This document shows, one piece after another, positions 18,169-27,350 of a stretch of DNA of 29,996 nucleotides; the first letter of the stretch is position 1, and each line of letters begins with the position of its first letter. The position numbers and the translations under genes are program-made. This DNA comes from Candidatus Eiseniibacteriota bacterium (GTDB lineage: Bacteria; Eisenbacteria; RBG-16-71-46): assembly GCA_044222065.1 (NCBI GenBank), contig JBGAOA010000053.1, positions 1 through 29,996 of the forward strand. Reading direction: 5' to 3'. The notes beneath the pieces were generated by a model. The model searched no databases, was not told the DNA's origin, and worked only from the letters and a program-made list of their open reading frames with translations.

Positions 18169-18221
18169 GCGCAGCCGGAAGTCGCGCGACGCACCCTCGG
18201 ATCCGGCACCACGGAAGGCCC

Positions 18222-18824
18222 ATGGGACTGAGCTTCCCGAAGATCGTCCTCGCCTCGTTCAACCGCGACAAAGTCCGTGAACTGCGAGCGCTGCTCGCGC
18301 GCTATCACGTGGACGTGCTCGGACTGTACGAGGTGGCGGGTTCGAGCGCTCCGGCCGAGTCGGGCAAGACCGTCGCCGAAAACGCGCTCATCAAGGCGCG
18401 CGCCGCGTTCCAGCTGACGGGACTGCCGACGATCGCCGACGACACCGGGCTCGAGGTGGACGCGCTCGGCGGACTCCCCGGGATCTTTGCCGCGCGCTTC
18501 GCCGGCGCCGGGGCGTCCTACCGCGACAATCTGCTGCTGCTGCTCGAGCGGCTCGAGAACGTCCCGCTCGCGCGGCGCACGGCGCGCTTCCGCACCGCGT
18601 GCGCCGCCGTTCTCCGCAAGGGCCGCGAACTCACGGCCGAGGGCGTGCTCGAAGGCCGCATCACGCTCGAGCCCCGCGGCTCGGAGGGCTTCGGCTACGA
18701 CCCGGTGTTCGAGGTCGGCACGACGGGACGAACGCTCGCCGAGATGTCCGCGCCCGAGAAGAACCGCATCTCGCACCGCGCGCTCGCGATGAAGAACCTC
18801 GTCACGCTGCTCGAGCTCGAGTAA
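18222..18824 (+). CDS. rdgB: Non-canonical purine NTP pyrophosphatase (RdgB/HAM1)
   Basis: N..K..E, ENALIKA, ADDTGLEVDALGGLPG..AARFAG, GFGYDPVF and EKNRISHR motifs. Confidence 0.96.
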   Translation: MGLSFPKIVLASFNRDKVRELRALLARYHVDVLGLYEVAGSSAPAESGKTVAENALIKARAAFQLTGLPTIADDTGLEVDALGGLPGIFAARFAGAGASYRDNLLLLLERLENVPLARRTARFRTACAAVLRKGRELTAEGVLEGRITLEPRGSEGFGYDPVFEVGTTGRTLAEMSAPEKNRISHRALAMKNLVTLLELE

Positions 18825-18828
18825 CGCG

Positions 18829-18848
18829 CGCGGCGCCGTGGCGCCGCG
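18829..18848. terminator. GC hairpin between convergent rdgB and pyk
   Basis: CGCGGCGC-CGTG-GCGCCGCG, a perfect 8-bp stem; no U-tract. Confidence 0.4.
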
Positions 18849-18853
18849 ACGGC

Positions 18854-20275
18854 CTAGATCTCGCCGAGGTGGTGCACGCGGATCAGGTTCGTGTTGCCCG
18901 CGGCCCCCGGCGGCGTTCCCGCGACGATCACGACCGAGTCGCCGCGCCTTCCGCGGCCGAGCTCGATCATCGCGCGGTCCACCTGTCGCACCATCTCGTC
19001 CGTCTCGGACGCGTACGGCACGACGAACGTCTCGACGCCCCACGTGAGCGCGAGCTGGCTGCGCACCGCGGGTTCGGTCGTGAACGCGAGCAGCGGAATC
19101 GGACAGCGCTGGCGCGCGAGCAGGCGCGCGGTCGAGCCCGAGAGCGTGAACGCGACGAGCGCGATCGCGCCGACGTCGGCGGCCACGTGCGCCGCGGCGG
19201 CGGCGAGCGCGTCCGGCTGCGCGCCGCGCGCCGCCCCGAGGCTCGGGAGCGCGCGCAGCGCTTCGGGCTCGGCGCTCGCGACGAGCGACGCCATCGTGCG
19301 CACCGCCTCGATCGGATGTTCGCCGACGCTCGTCTCGCCCGAGAGCATCACGGCGTCCGCGCCGTCGAACACGGCGTTCGCGACGTCCGACGCCTCGGCG
19401 CGCGTCGGGTGCGGGTGGCGGATCATGTTCTCGAGCATCTGGGTCGCGACGATCACCGGGCGGCCGCGCTCGCGCGCCGCGCGCACGGCGCGCTTCTGGA
19501 CGAGCGGCACCTCGGTGAGCGGCAGCTCCACGCCGAGGTCGCCGCGCGCCACCATGAGGCCGTCGAACGCGTCCACGATCGCCTCGAGGTTCGCGACCGC
19601 CTCGGGCTTCTCGAGCTTCGCGATCACCGGCACGCGCCGGTTCTGTTCGCCAAGGATCGCGTCCACCGGCGCGCGATCGGCGGGCGTGCGCACGAACGAC
19701 AGCGCGACGAGGTCCACGCCGAGCTCGAGCGCGAAGCGCAGATCCTCGGCGTCCTTGTCGCTGAGCGCGGGCGCGCTGACCGCGACGCCGGGCAGGTTGA
19801 TGCCCTTGTGGTCGCTCACGATGCCGCCTTCGACGACGCGGCAGCGCACGTCGTCGCCCGCGACGTCGAGCGCGGCGAGCCGCACGCGCCCGTCGTCGAG
19901 CAGCAGCGTGTCGCCGGGCTTCACGTCGCGCGCGAGCCGGACGTAGGTCGTGGACGCGCGCGCGGCGTCGCCCTCGACGTCGCGCGTCGTGAGCGTGAAC
20001 TCGGCGCCCGGCAGCAGTTCGGCCCAGCCGCCGGCGAAGCGGCCGAGGCGGATCTTGGGGCCCTGCAGGTCGGCGAGCAGGCCGACCGCCCGTCCCGAGG
20101 CGTCGGACGCCTCGCGAACGGCGCGCGCGAGCGCGGCATGGTCGGCGCGCTCCCCGTGCGAGAAGTTGAGCCGCGCGACGTCCATGCCGGCATCGATGAG
20201 CGCGCGAACGGCGGCCGGGGAGGCGCTCGCGGGGCCGAGCGTGCAGACGATCTTGGCGCGGCGTGTCTGGAACAC
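18854..20275 (-). CDS. pyk: Pyruvate kinase
   Basis: RRAKIVCTLGP, ARLNFSHG, DLQGPKIR, AKLEKPEA, MVARGDLGVE, ATQMLE and MLSGETSVG motifs. Start set at GTG 20275, with GGAGG (20281-20285, minus strand) 5 nt upstream. Confidence 0.97.
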   Translation of the reverse strand: MFQTRRAKIVCTLGPASASPAAVRALIDAGMDVARLNFSHGERADHAALARAVREASDASGRAVGLLADLQGPKIRLGRFAGGWAELLPGAEFTLTTRDVEGDAARASTTYVRLARDVKPGDTLLLDDGRVRLAALDVAGDDVRCRVVEGGIVSDHKGINLPGVAVSAPALSDKDAEDLRFALELGVDLVALSFVRTPADRAPVDAILGEQNRRVPVIAKLEKPEAVANLEAIVDAFDGLMVARGDLGVELPLTEVPLVQKRAVRAARERGRPVIVATQMLENMIRHPHPTRAEASDVANAVFDGADAVMLSGETSVGEHPIEAVRTMASLVASAEPEALRALPSLGAARGAQPDALAAAAAHVAADVGAIALVAFTLSGSTARLLARQRCPIPLLAFTTEPAVRSQLALTWGVETFVVPYASETDEMVRQVDRAMIELGRGRRGDSVVIVAGTPPGAAGNTNLIRVHHLGEI

Positions 20276-20293
20276 GGTCGCCTCCGTCGTTCG

Positions 20294-20328
20294 CCTCACC
20301 GGGAAGCCCGAGGGCTTCACCGGCGAGG
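20294..20328 (-). other. Stem-loop between tRNA-His and the pyk ribosome-binding site
   Basis: Minus strand CCTCGCCGG-T-GAAGCC-CTCG-GGCTTC-CCGGTGAGG; 15-bp stem with one G-U and one bulge; no U-tract. Confidence 0.55.
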
Positions 20329-20338
20329 TGCGATCGAA

Positions 20339-20416
20339 TGGGGTGGATGAGGGGATTTGAACCCCCGACCCCCTGAGCCACAGTCAGGTGCTCTAACCAG
20401 CTGAGCTACATCCACC
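20339..20416 (-). tRNA. tRNA-His(GTG)
   Basis: G-1 plus acceptor GTGGATG/CATCCAC, discriminator C, CCA; anticodon arm CCTGA-CTGTGGC-TCAGG. Confidence 0.97.
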
Positions 20417-20449
20417 ACCAGCGGATGACGGGACGCAAGGAAGCACGTC

Positions 20450-20526
20450 TGGCGCGCCTGGAGGGAATCGAACCCCCGACCCGCGGATTAGAAATCCGCT
20501 GCTCTATCCAACTGAGCTACAGGCGC
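20450..20526 (-). tRNA. tRNA-Arg(TCT)
   Basis: Acceptor GCGCCTG/CAGGCGC + GCCA; anticodon arm GCGGA-TTTCTAA-TCCGC. Confidence 0.97.
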
Positions 20527-20575
20527 GGAGGCCTTCGGTCGGACGCGATCCCTGGGTCCACCCGCGGCTGTGCAG

Positions 20576-20652
<77 letters not shown>

Positions 20653-20679
20653 GAATATCGAGTTGTACGAGCGGGCGGC

Positions 20680-20709
20680 AGGATAGCCGCGCGTTCCGAG
20701 CAGCGTCAA
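20680..20709 (-). promoter_or_regulatory. sigma70-type promoter of the tRNA-Pro-Arg-His(-pyk) transcript
   Basis: Minus strand TTGACG (20709-20704), 18-bp spacer, TATCCT (20685-20680); same -35 and spacing as the tRNA-Leu promoter. Confidence 0.65.
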
Positions 20710-20835
20710 ACCCGCGCCGCGAGCCCGCGCGCACGATGCGAGGGCGGGAAATGCCGCTGGCGGCGAGACGGGGGGCGGCCTATCGTCCAGCGTCATCGCC
20801 GCACTCCACTCCTCTCGCGCGGGTTCGCCTCCGAC

Positions 20836-23316
20836 GTGACCAGCACTTCCCACCGGTCCGCCCTGATCAGCGGGCGCAACGTCCTGACGGCCATCGGCCT
20901 CGTCGGGCTCCACTTCGGCGCAGCCGTGCTCGGACTCGAGCTCGCCCGGAGCTGGCACCAGGTGTCGCCCGTGTGGCCCGCGAGCGGCGTCGCGGTGTGG
21001 ATGGCGCTCGTCTACGGTCCGCGGGCGATCGTGCTCGTCGCGCTGTCGTCCATCGCCGTGACGTTCGTCCGCGGAAACGCGGACTGGACGAGCGCGGCGC
21101 TCGTGGCCGCGAACGTGCTCGAGGCGGGTGTGGCGGCGCTGCTCCTGCGGCGCGTCGTGCGCTTCCGCGTTCAGCTCGACCGCCCCGACGACGCGCTCGG
21201 CCTGATCGCGATCGGCGGCATGCTCGCGCCGGCCGTGAGCGCCACGATCGGCGTCGGCTCGCTCGTGCTCGCCGGCCGTTTCCCCGTGGCGCAGGCGTTC
21301 GATCCGTGGCGCTCGTGGTGGGCGGGCAATTCGATCGGCGTGCTCGTGTTCACCCCGGTGCTGCTCGCGTGGGCGCCGCGCAGTTCGGTCGTCCGTCCGC
21401 GCACGGCGCGCGTGGAGCTGATCGCGCTGCTCGTGCTCGCGCTCGGCGTGAGCCTCGCGGCGTTCGGCATCCTGCGCGTGGACGAGAGCCTGATGTTCGC
21501 CTCGCGGTTCGCGCTATTGCCGGTGCTCGTGTGGACGGGGCTGCGCTTCACCGCGAGCGAGACGTCGCTCGTCGTGCTGGTCGCCGGGGTCACGGCCACG
21601 CTCGCGACGTTCGGCCGCAGCGTCGGGCTCGGGGTGCAGGACCATCGCGAGGGCGAGGTCGTCTTGCAGGCGTTCCTCGGCTTCGTCGCCGGCGCGGGAT
21701 TGCTGCTGTCCACGGTCACGAGCGGCATGCGGCGGACCGAGCGCGAACTGCGCGAGGCGTTCTCGCTGCTGTCGGCGACGCTCGACTCCACGGCGGACGG
21801 CATCCTGGTCGTGGATCTCGAGGGCCGGATCCGCACGTTCAACCGCCGCTTCGGGGACCTGTGGCGGATCCCGTCCGAGATCCTGCTCACGCGCGACGAC
21901 CAGCGCGCGATCGCGTTCGTGCTCGATCAGCTGCGCGACCCGGGCGGATTCCTGAGCAAGGTCGAAGCGCTGTACGCGCACCCCGGCGCCGAGAGTTCCG
22001 ACGAGCTCGAGTTCAAGGACGGACGCATCTTCGAGCGCACGTCGCGGCCGCAGTACGAAGGCGAACGCGTCGTCGGCCGCGTGTGGTGCTTCCGCGACGT
22101 CACGAAGTCCCGTCGGCTCGAGACGGAGCTGCGCCAGACGCAGAAGATGGAGGCGATCGGACGGCTCGCGGGCGGCGTCGCGCACGACTTCAACAACCTG
22201 CTCACCGTGATCCTCGGGCACTGCGAGATGCTGCTCCAGAACCTGCGCGCCGAGGCGCCGCAGCGCCGCGACGTGACCGAGATCCGCGACGCGTCGCAGC
22301 GCGCGGCGGATCTCACGCGCCAGCTGCTCGCGTTCAGCCGGCGCCAGGTGCTGTCGCCGCGCACGCTCGAGCTGAACACGATCGTGCGCGAGACGAGTTC
22401 GATGCTTCGCCGCCTGCTGCCCGAGGGCATCGAGCTGCGCACCGACCTCGGCACCGCGCAGGGCGGAGTGCGCGCGGATCCCGGCCAGATGCAGCAGGTG
22501 CTCCTGAACCTCGCGCTCAACGCGCGCGACGCGATGCCCGACGGCGGCGCGCTCACGATCCGCACGTACGAGGTCGCGCTCGAGGGCGGCGGCACCGACG
22601 GACTCGACCTGCCGTCCGGTCCCTACCTCGTGCTCTCGGTATCGGACACGGGCGCAGGCATGGACGAAGAGACGCGCACGCACCTGTTCGAGCCTTTCTT
22701 CACGACGAAGGAGCAGGGGCAGGGGAGCGGACTCGGGCTCGCGACCGTGTACGGCATCGTGCGGCAGAGCGGCGGCGACATCGCGGTGTGGAGCGCGCCC
22801 GGAGAGGGTTCGCACTTCCGCGTTTTCCTGCCGCGCGTCGGGCTCGGCCCCGATCCGCTCGCGAGCCCGGCCGAGGCGACGTTCGCGCGACGCCGGGCGA
22901 CCGTCATGCTCGTCGAGGACAATCCCGGCGTGCGCCGACTTCTCGGCGACGCGCTGCGCAGCGCCGGCTACCGCGTGCTCGAAGCCGCGCACGGCGGCGA
23001 CGCGGCCGGGCTCGCGCGCGAGACCGCCGAAGAGATCCACGCCCTCGTCACCGATGTCGTGATGCCCGGGCTCGGCGGCCCCGAACTCGCGGACCGCCTG
23101 CACGCGGAGCGGCGCGTCGGCGCGGTGCTGTTCGTGACCGGCTACTCCGACGTGCGCGACCTCGACGTCGGCGCGAAGCCGTACCCGTGCGAGCTGCTCC
23201 AGAAGCCGTTCACGCCGCAGGCGCTCACCCGGGCGCTCGCGGACCTGCTCGATCGCGCCGCCCCGGGGACCTCGGGCGGCGCGTCCGCGCGCCGCGACGG
23301 CGACGAACGCGGGTAG
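20836..23316 (+). CDS. Hybrid sensor histidine kinase: MASE1 - PAS - HisKA - HATPase - receiver
   Basis: MASE1-like SPVWPASG...[16 protein letters not shown] ([17 protein letters not shown]); H-box [48 protein letters not shown]...TDVVMPG...QKPF. Start (GTG 20836) uncertain; the ORF-track start overlaps the tRNAs and is not credible. Confidence 0.92.
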   Translation: MTSTSHRSALISGRNVLTAIGLVGLHFGAAVLGLELARSWHQVSPVWPASGVAVWMALVYGPRAIVLVALSSIAVTFVRGNADWTSAALVAANVLEAGVAALLLRRVVRFRVQLDRPDDALGLIAIGGMLAPAVSATIGVGSLVLAGRFPVAQAFDPWRSWWAGNSIGVLVFTPVLLAWAPRSSVVRPRTARVELIALLVLALGVSLAAFGILRVDESLMFASRFALLPVLVWTGLRFTASETSLVVLVAGVTATLATFGRSVGLGVQDHREGEVVLQAFLGFVAGAGLLLSTVTSGMRRTERELREAFSLLSATLDSTADGILVVDLEGRIRTFNRRFGDLWRIPSEILLTRDDQRAIAFVLDQLRDPGGFLSKVEALYAHPGAESSDELEFKDGRIFERTSRPQYEGERVVGRVWCFRDVTKSRRLETELRQTQKMEAIGRLAGGVAHDFNNLLTVILGHCEMLLQNLRAEAPQRRDVTEIRDASQRAADLTRQLLAFSRRQVLSPRTLELNTIVRETSSMLRRLLPEGIELRTDLGTAQGGVRADPGQMQQVLLNLALNARDAMPDGGALTIRTYEVALEGGGTDGLDLPSGPYLVLSVSDTGAGMDEETRTHLFEPFFTTKEQGQGSGLGLATVYGIVRQSGGDIAVWSAPGEGSHFRVFLPRVGLGPDPLASPAEATFARRRATVMLVEDNPGVRRLLGDALRSAGYRVLEAAHGGDAAGLARETAEEIHALVTDVVMPGLGGPELADRLHAERRVGAVLFVTGYSDVRDLDVGAKPYPCELLQKPFTPQALTRALADLLDRAAPGTSGGASARRDGDERG

Positions 23317-23342
23317 ACGCCCCGGCGGGGCGCGCGTACACT
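23314..23342 (+). promoter_or_regulatory. Putative promoter for ssb/ssrA
   Basis: TAGACG (23314-23319), 17-bp spacer, TACACT (23337-23342). Confidence 0.5.
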
Positions 23343-23390
23343 GCCCCGCCTCGTGCCCCCGATGTGGGCACTTTCGCCGAGGAGAGCATC

Positions 23391-23810
23391 ATGAGCGTCA
23401 ACAAAGTGATCCTGGTCGGCAATCTCGGACAGAATCCGGAGATGCGATTCACGCAGGGCGGCCAGGCGGTCGCGAACATGCGGCTCGCGACCACCGAGCG
23501 CTACACCGACAAGAGCGGTCAGAAGCAGGAACAGACCGAGTGGCACACGGTGGTGGCGTTCGGCCGGCTCGCCGAGATCTGCGGCCAGTACCTGACGAAG
23601 GGCCGGCAGATCTACGTCGAAGGTCGGCTGCGCACGCGCCAGTGGCAGGACCAGCAGGGCCAGAAGCGCTACACGACCGAGATCGTCGCGAACACCATGC
23701 AGATGCTGGGCGGTCGCGGCGAGCGTTCGGAGGGCGCGCCGTCGTCGCACATGGACGAGCCCGTCGCCGCCGACTTCGGCGGCGGCCCCGACGACGACAT
23801 CCCGTTTTGA
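23391..23810 (+). CDS. ssb: Single-stranded DNA-binding protein
   Basis: [34 protein letters not shown] and C-terminal DDDIPF; GAGGAG SD. Confidence 0.98.
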   Translation: MSVNKVILVGNLGQNPEMRFTQGGQAVANMRLATTERYTDKSGQKQEQTEWHTVVAFGRLAEICGQYLTKGRQIYVEGRLRTRQWQDQQGQKRYTTEIVANTMQMLGGRGERSEGAPSSHMDEPVAADFGGGPDDDIPF

Positions 23811-23849
23811 GTCGCGCCGCGCGTCCCGAACCCGCGGGGCGTGGATCGA

Positions 23850-24205
23850 GGGGGCGATTGGTTTCGACGGGGGTCGAGAACCGAAAAGTGCAGGCCGGGG
23901 GTCCCGTGCCCTCGTCAAAAACGCGGGAATATCACAACTGCCGATGAGCAGTTGGCTCTCGCCGCTTAATTAAGCGGTGACGATCGCCCGGACCCCGCCT
24001 GTGGGGGCCGGATGCGAGCGTCATACAAACGCAGGCTGGTCCAACGCCCTCGCTCGTGGGCCGAGGACGAGATCAATCGAGCTGGCGCGCCGACGATCCC
24101 GCCGGTCGGAGCGGGGGCGCGCGAGATTCAAACGGCCGGACACGCCTGTAGGACTCTTCGGGGACAGACTTTCGGACGCGGGTTCGATTCCCGCCGCCTC
24201 CACCA
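23850..24205 (+). ncRNA. ssrA: tmRNA; tag reading frame 23940-23969 encodes (A)ADEQLALAA
   Basis: 5' GGGGGCGA..TGGTTTCGAC; 3' GGACGCGGGTTCGATTCCCGCCGCCTCCACCA; acceptor stem with G3-U70. ACAACT-GCC resume context; tag ends LAA-TAA inside the CCGCTTAATTAAGCGG hairpin. Confidence 0.97.
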
Positions 24206-24325
24206 TTCGCGCCTCGCGCGCCCGAGGGCCGCGAGCGGACGCCTCCGCGTTCGCGCCCCCGCCCCCCGCGCCGTCCGGGAATTCGCTTGCGGGATCGGGG
24301 GTCGGTGACTACCCTGCCGCGTTCT

Positions 24326-25021
24326 GTGAAAACCGCTGAGGGCCTTCGGGCCCGTCTGGACGAGGTTCGCGGCCGCATCGCGGAGGCCGCGAGGCGAGCC
24401 GGCCGGTCGCCGGACGAGGTGACGCTCGTCGCCGTGACCAAGACCGTACCGGCCGACGCCGTGCGGGAGGCCGTGGACGCGGGCCTCGCGGATCTCGGTG
24501 AAAATCGTGTGCAGGAAGCGGAATCGAAGATCGCCGTCCTCGGCCGGACGTGCGCGCGCTGGCACCTGATCGGCCATCTGCAGCGCAACAAGGCGGGGAA
24601 GGCGGTCGGGCTGTTCGATCGGATCCACGGCGTGGACTCGGTCGAACTCGCGGACGCGCTCTCGAAGCGCGCCGTGGCCTCGGAGCTCGTGATTCCGATC
24701 ACGCTGGAAGTGAACGTCAGCGGCGAGGCGAGCAAGTTCGGAGTGACGCCGGACGACGCGCCGGCGGTGGCGCGTGCGATCGCGACGCTGCCGGGGCTCG
24801 CGTTCGACGGACTGATGACGGTGGGCGCGCCGGTCGCGCGGCCCGAGGACGCGCGTCCCGGGTTCGCGAGACTGCGCGAGTTGCGCGACGCGCTCTCGGC
24901 CGGGCTCGGCCGGGCGCTGCCGCAGCTGTCGATGGGGATGAGCGGCGACTACGAGGTCGCCGTCGAAGAAGGCAGCACGATGGTGCGCGTCGGGACCGCG
25001 TTGTTCGGCGCGCGCCGCTAG
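24326..25021 (+). CDS. yggS: YggS/PLPBP pyridoxal phosphate homeostasis protein
   Basis: LVAVTKT (PLP Lys), GENRVQE, WHLIGHLQRNK, EVNVSGEASKFG, LSMGMSGDY and VRVGTALFG motifs. Start is GTG 24326 or 24305. Confidence 0.95.
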   Translation: MKTAEGLRARLDEVRGRIAEAARRAGRSPDEVTLVAVTKTVPADAVREAVDAGLADLGENRVQEAESKIAVLGRTCARWHLIGHLQRNKAGKAVGLFDRIHGVDSVELADALSKRAVASELVIPITLEVNVSGEASKFGVTPDDAPAVARAIATLPGLAFDGLMTVGAPVARPEDARPGFARLRELRDALSAGLGRALPQLSMGMSGDYEVAVEEGSTMVRVGTALFGARR

Positions 25022-25042
25022 AGAACGGGAAAGAAGGAAGGC

Positions 25043-25342
25043 GTGTTCATCTTCGGCAACCTCGTGAGCGCGATCGCGGTGCTGCTCGATTTCGCGATTC
25101 GGGCCTTGATGCTCGTGCTGCTCGTGAACGCGGTGATGTCGTGGGTGCGGCCGGATCCGGCGAATCCGATCGTCCGGTTCCTCGAGCGCGTATCCGATCT
25201 GGTGTGCGATCCGATCCGGCGTGCGTTCCCGACCGTGCTGTCGGGGCTCGATTTCGCGCCGTTCATCGCCATGCTGGCGTTGTGGTTCGTGAGCATGTTC
25301 GTCGTCCAGAGCCTGCACGATCTGGCGGCGCGGATGGGGTGA
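25043..25342 (+). CDS. yggT: YggT family membrane protein
   Basis: SWV.PDP.NPIVRFL..V...P.RR..P...GLDFAP motif; AAGGAAGG SD. Confidence 0.93.
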   Translation: MFIFGNLVSAIAVLLDFAIRALMLVLLVNAVMSWVRPDPANPIVRFLERVSDLVCDPIRRAFPTVLSGLDFAPFIAMLALWFVSMFVVQSLHDLAARMG

Positions 25343-25623
25343 GCGCGCGCTTCGATGTGCGCGTGCAGCCGGGGGCGCCGCGGACCGGATTCCGCGGGCG
25401 GCTCGCCGACGGCACGGTGAAGCTCGCGGTCACGGCGCCGCCCGAGGACGGGCGCGCAAACGAAGCGGTGGTGGCGTTCCTCGCCGAGCAGCTCGGCGTG
25501 TCGCGCCGACAGGTGACGATCGTCCGCGGGCTCGGCTCGCGGTCGAAGACGGTGGATGTGGAAGGATTCGACGCGGCGGAACTCGGGCGCAGGCTCGACG
25601 CCGCGATCGGCGGAGCGGACTGA
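25339..25623 (+). CDS. DUF167 (YggU/UPF0235) protein
   Basis: VRVQPGA, KLAVTAPPEDGRAN..V..FLA..LGV....V.IVRG..SRSK; GTGA overlap with the yggT stop. Confidence 0.9.
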   Translation: MSARFDVRVQPGAPRTGFRGRLADGTVKLAVTAPPEDGRANEAVVAFLAEQLGVSRRQVTIVRGLGSRSKTVDVEGFDAAELGRRLDAAIGGAD

Positions 25624-25626
25624 ACG

Positions 25627-26454
25627 ATGGCGAGTGACCTGAGCGCGAAGATCGAAGAAGCGGCGGCGGCGATCCGCTCGCGCACGTCCGTGCGTCCGGC
25701 GATCGGCATCATCCTCGGCACGGGGCTCGGCGAGTTCGCGGAGGCCATGAAGGTCGAATCCGTCGTGCCGTACGCCGAGATCCCGAACTTCCCGCACTCG
25801 ACCGTCGAGAGCCACGCGGGCGAGCTGCTCCTCGGGACGCTGTCGGGCAAGTCGGTCGCGATCATGAAGGGCCGCGTCCACTACTACGAGGGCTACTCGA
25901 TGCAGCAGGTCGGGTTCCCGACGCGCGTGCTCAAGGCGATCGGCTGCCGGACCCTGATCATCACGAACGCGTGCGGCGGCATGAACCCCGACATGGCCCC
26001 GGGCACGATCGTCGTGACGACCGACCACATCAACCTGATGGGCGACAATCCGCTCATCGGTCCGAACGACGACGCGCTCGGTCCGCGATTCCCGGACATG
26101 AGCGAACCTTACTCGCGCGAGCTCGTCGCGCTCGCCGAGGCCGTCGCGCTCGACCTCAAGGAGCCGCTGCAGCGCGGCGTGTTCGTGGGCGTCGCCGGTC
26201 CGAACCTCGAGACCGCCGCCGAGTATCGATTCCTGCGCTGGATCGGCGCCGACGTCGTGGGCATGTCGCTCGTGCCCGAGAACATCGTCGCCGTGCACGG
26301 CGGCCAGCGCGTGCTGTCGTTCAACGTCGTCACCGACCGATGCCTGCCCGACGACCTTCACCCCGTGGACCTCGCCTCCGTTCTCGAGGTGGCGGGACGC
26401 ACGGCGCCGCGCCTCAGCCGGCTCGTCGCCGAGATCGTTCGCAGGCTGAACTAG
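25627..26454 (+). CDS. punA: Purine nucleoside phosphorylase (trimeric PNP family)
   Basis: IILGTGLG, YAEIPNFPHSTVESHAG, GRVHYYEGY, TNACGG, DHINL, GPRFPDMS, GPNLET.AE and DVVGMS motifs. Confidence 0.93.
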   Translation: MASDLSAKIEEAAAAIRSRTSVRPAIGIILGTGLGEFAEAMKVESVVPYAEIPNFPHSTVESHAGELLLGTLSGKSVAIMKGRVHYYEGYSMQQVGFPTRVLKAIGCRTLIITNACGGMNPDMAPGTIVVTTDHINLMGDNPLIGPNDDALGPRFPDMSEPYSRELVALAEAVALDLKEPLQRGVFVGVAGPNLETAAEYRFLRWIGADVVGMSLVPENIVAVHGGQRVLSFNVVTDRCLPDDLHPVDLASVLEVAGRTAPRLSRLVAEIVRRLN

Positions 26455-26468
26455 GAGAATCGGAGCCG

Positions 26469-27350
26469 ATGGCCAGCAAGAAGGCGAAAACGAAGAGCTC
26501 CGCGAAGAAGCCGGTCAAGGCCGCGGCGAAGCCCGTGAAGAAGCCGGCCAAGCCCGCGAAGTCCGCGGTGTCCGCGAAGTCCCCGAAGCCGGCGAAGAAG
26601 CCGGTGCCGAAGCCGTCGGTGAAGCCGGCCCCGAAGAAGCCGGTCGCGAAGCCGCCGGCCGCGAAGTCCGCGCCTCCGGCGAAGGGCAAGCCCGCGCCGA
26701 AGCCCGTCGTGGCCGCGAAGGGAAAGGCGCCCGCCAAGGGCGCGAAGCCCGCCGCCAAGGCGGCGCCTCCGAAGAAGATCGTTCCGGTCGCGAAGAAACC
26801 CGAGAAGCCCGCCGTGCCGGTGCGTCCGCTCGGCGTGCTGCCACCCGAAGCGCGCGCGCGCACGGTCGAGCGTCCGAAGATGCCTCCCGTGCGTCCTCTC
26901 GTGCACCCGGGCGGCCCCGTCACCCAGCGTCCGCACTCCCAGGGAGCCCAGCCCGTGACCGAGAAAGACACGAAGGAATTCGAACAGCGCCTGCTCGCCG
27001 AGCGCGCGAAGATCATGAAGGAGATGGGCCACCTCGAGGAGACGGTGCTCAAGCAGAACCAGCGTGACAGCTCCGGCGATCTCTCGGGCTACTCGTTCCA
27101 CATGGCGGACGCCGGCACCGACGCCTACGAGCGCGAGAAGGCGTTCCTGCTCGCCTCGGCCGAAGGCCGCAACCTGCTCGAAGTGAACGAGGCGCTGCGG
27201 CGGCTGTATCGCGGCGAGTACGGCGTGTGCGAGTCGTGCGGCAAGCCGATCGCGAGGGCGCGGCTCGAGGCGATGCCGTACGCGCGGCTGTGCGTGTCGT
27301 GCAAGGAGAAGGAAGAAAAGGCCGCGCGGAATCCGCTGCCTTCGCAGTGA
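26469..27350 (+). CDS. TraR/DksA C4 zinc-finger protein with a long Lys/Ala/Pro-rich N-terminal extension
   Basis: AGGAG SD; HMADAGTD..ERE, AL.R...G.YGVCESCG.PI...RLEA.P.A.LCVSC. Confidence 0.9.
   Translation: MASKKAKTKSSAKKPVKAAAKPVKKPAKPAKSAVSAKSPKPAKKPVPKPSVKPAPKKPVAKPPAAKSAPPAKGKPAPKPVVAAKGKAPAKGAKPAAKAAPPKKIVPVAKKPEKPAVPVRPLGVLPPEARARTVERPKMPPVRPLVHPGGPVTQRPHSQGAQPVTEKDTKEFEQRLLAERAKIMKEMGHLEETVLKQNQRDSSGDLSGYSFHMADAGTDAYEREKAFLLASAEGRNLLEVNEALRRLYRGEYGVCESCGKPIARARLEAMPYARLCVSCKEKEEKAARNPLPSQ

Noticed and set aside
24180..24330. Integrative element at the tmRNA or tRNA 3' ends
   Set aside because: No integrase and no duplicated 3'-end att sequence seen; housekeeping genes follow directly.
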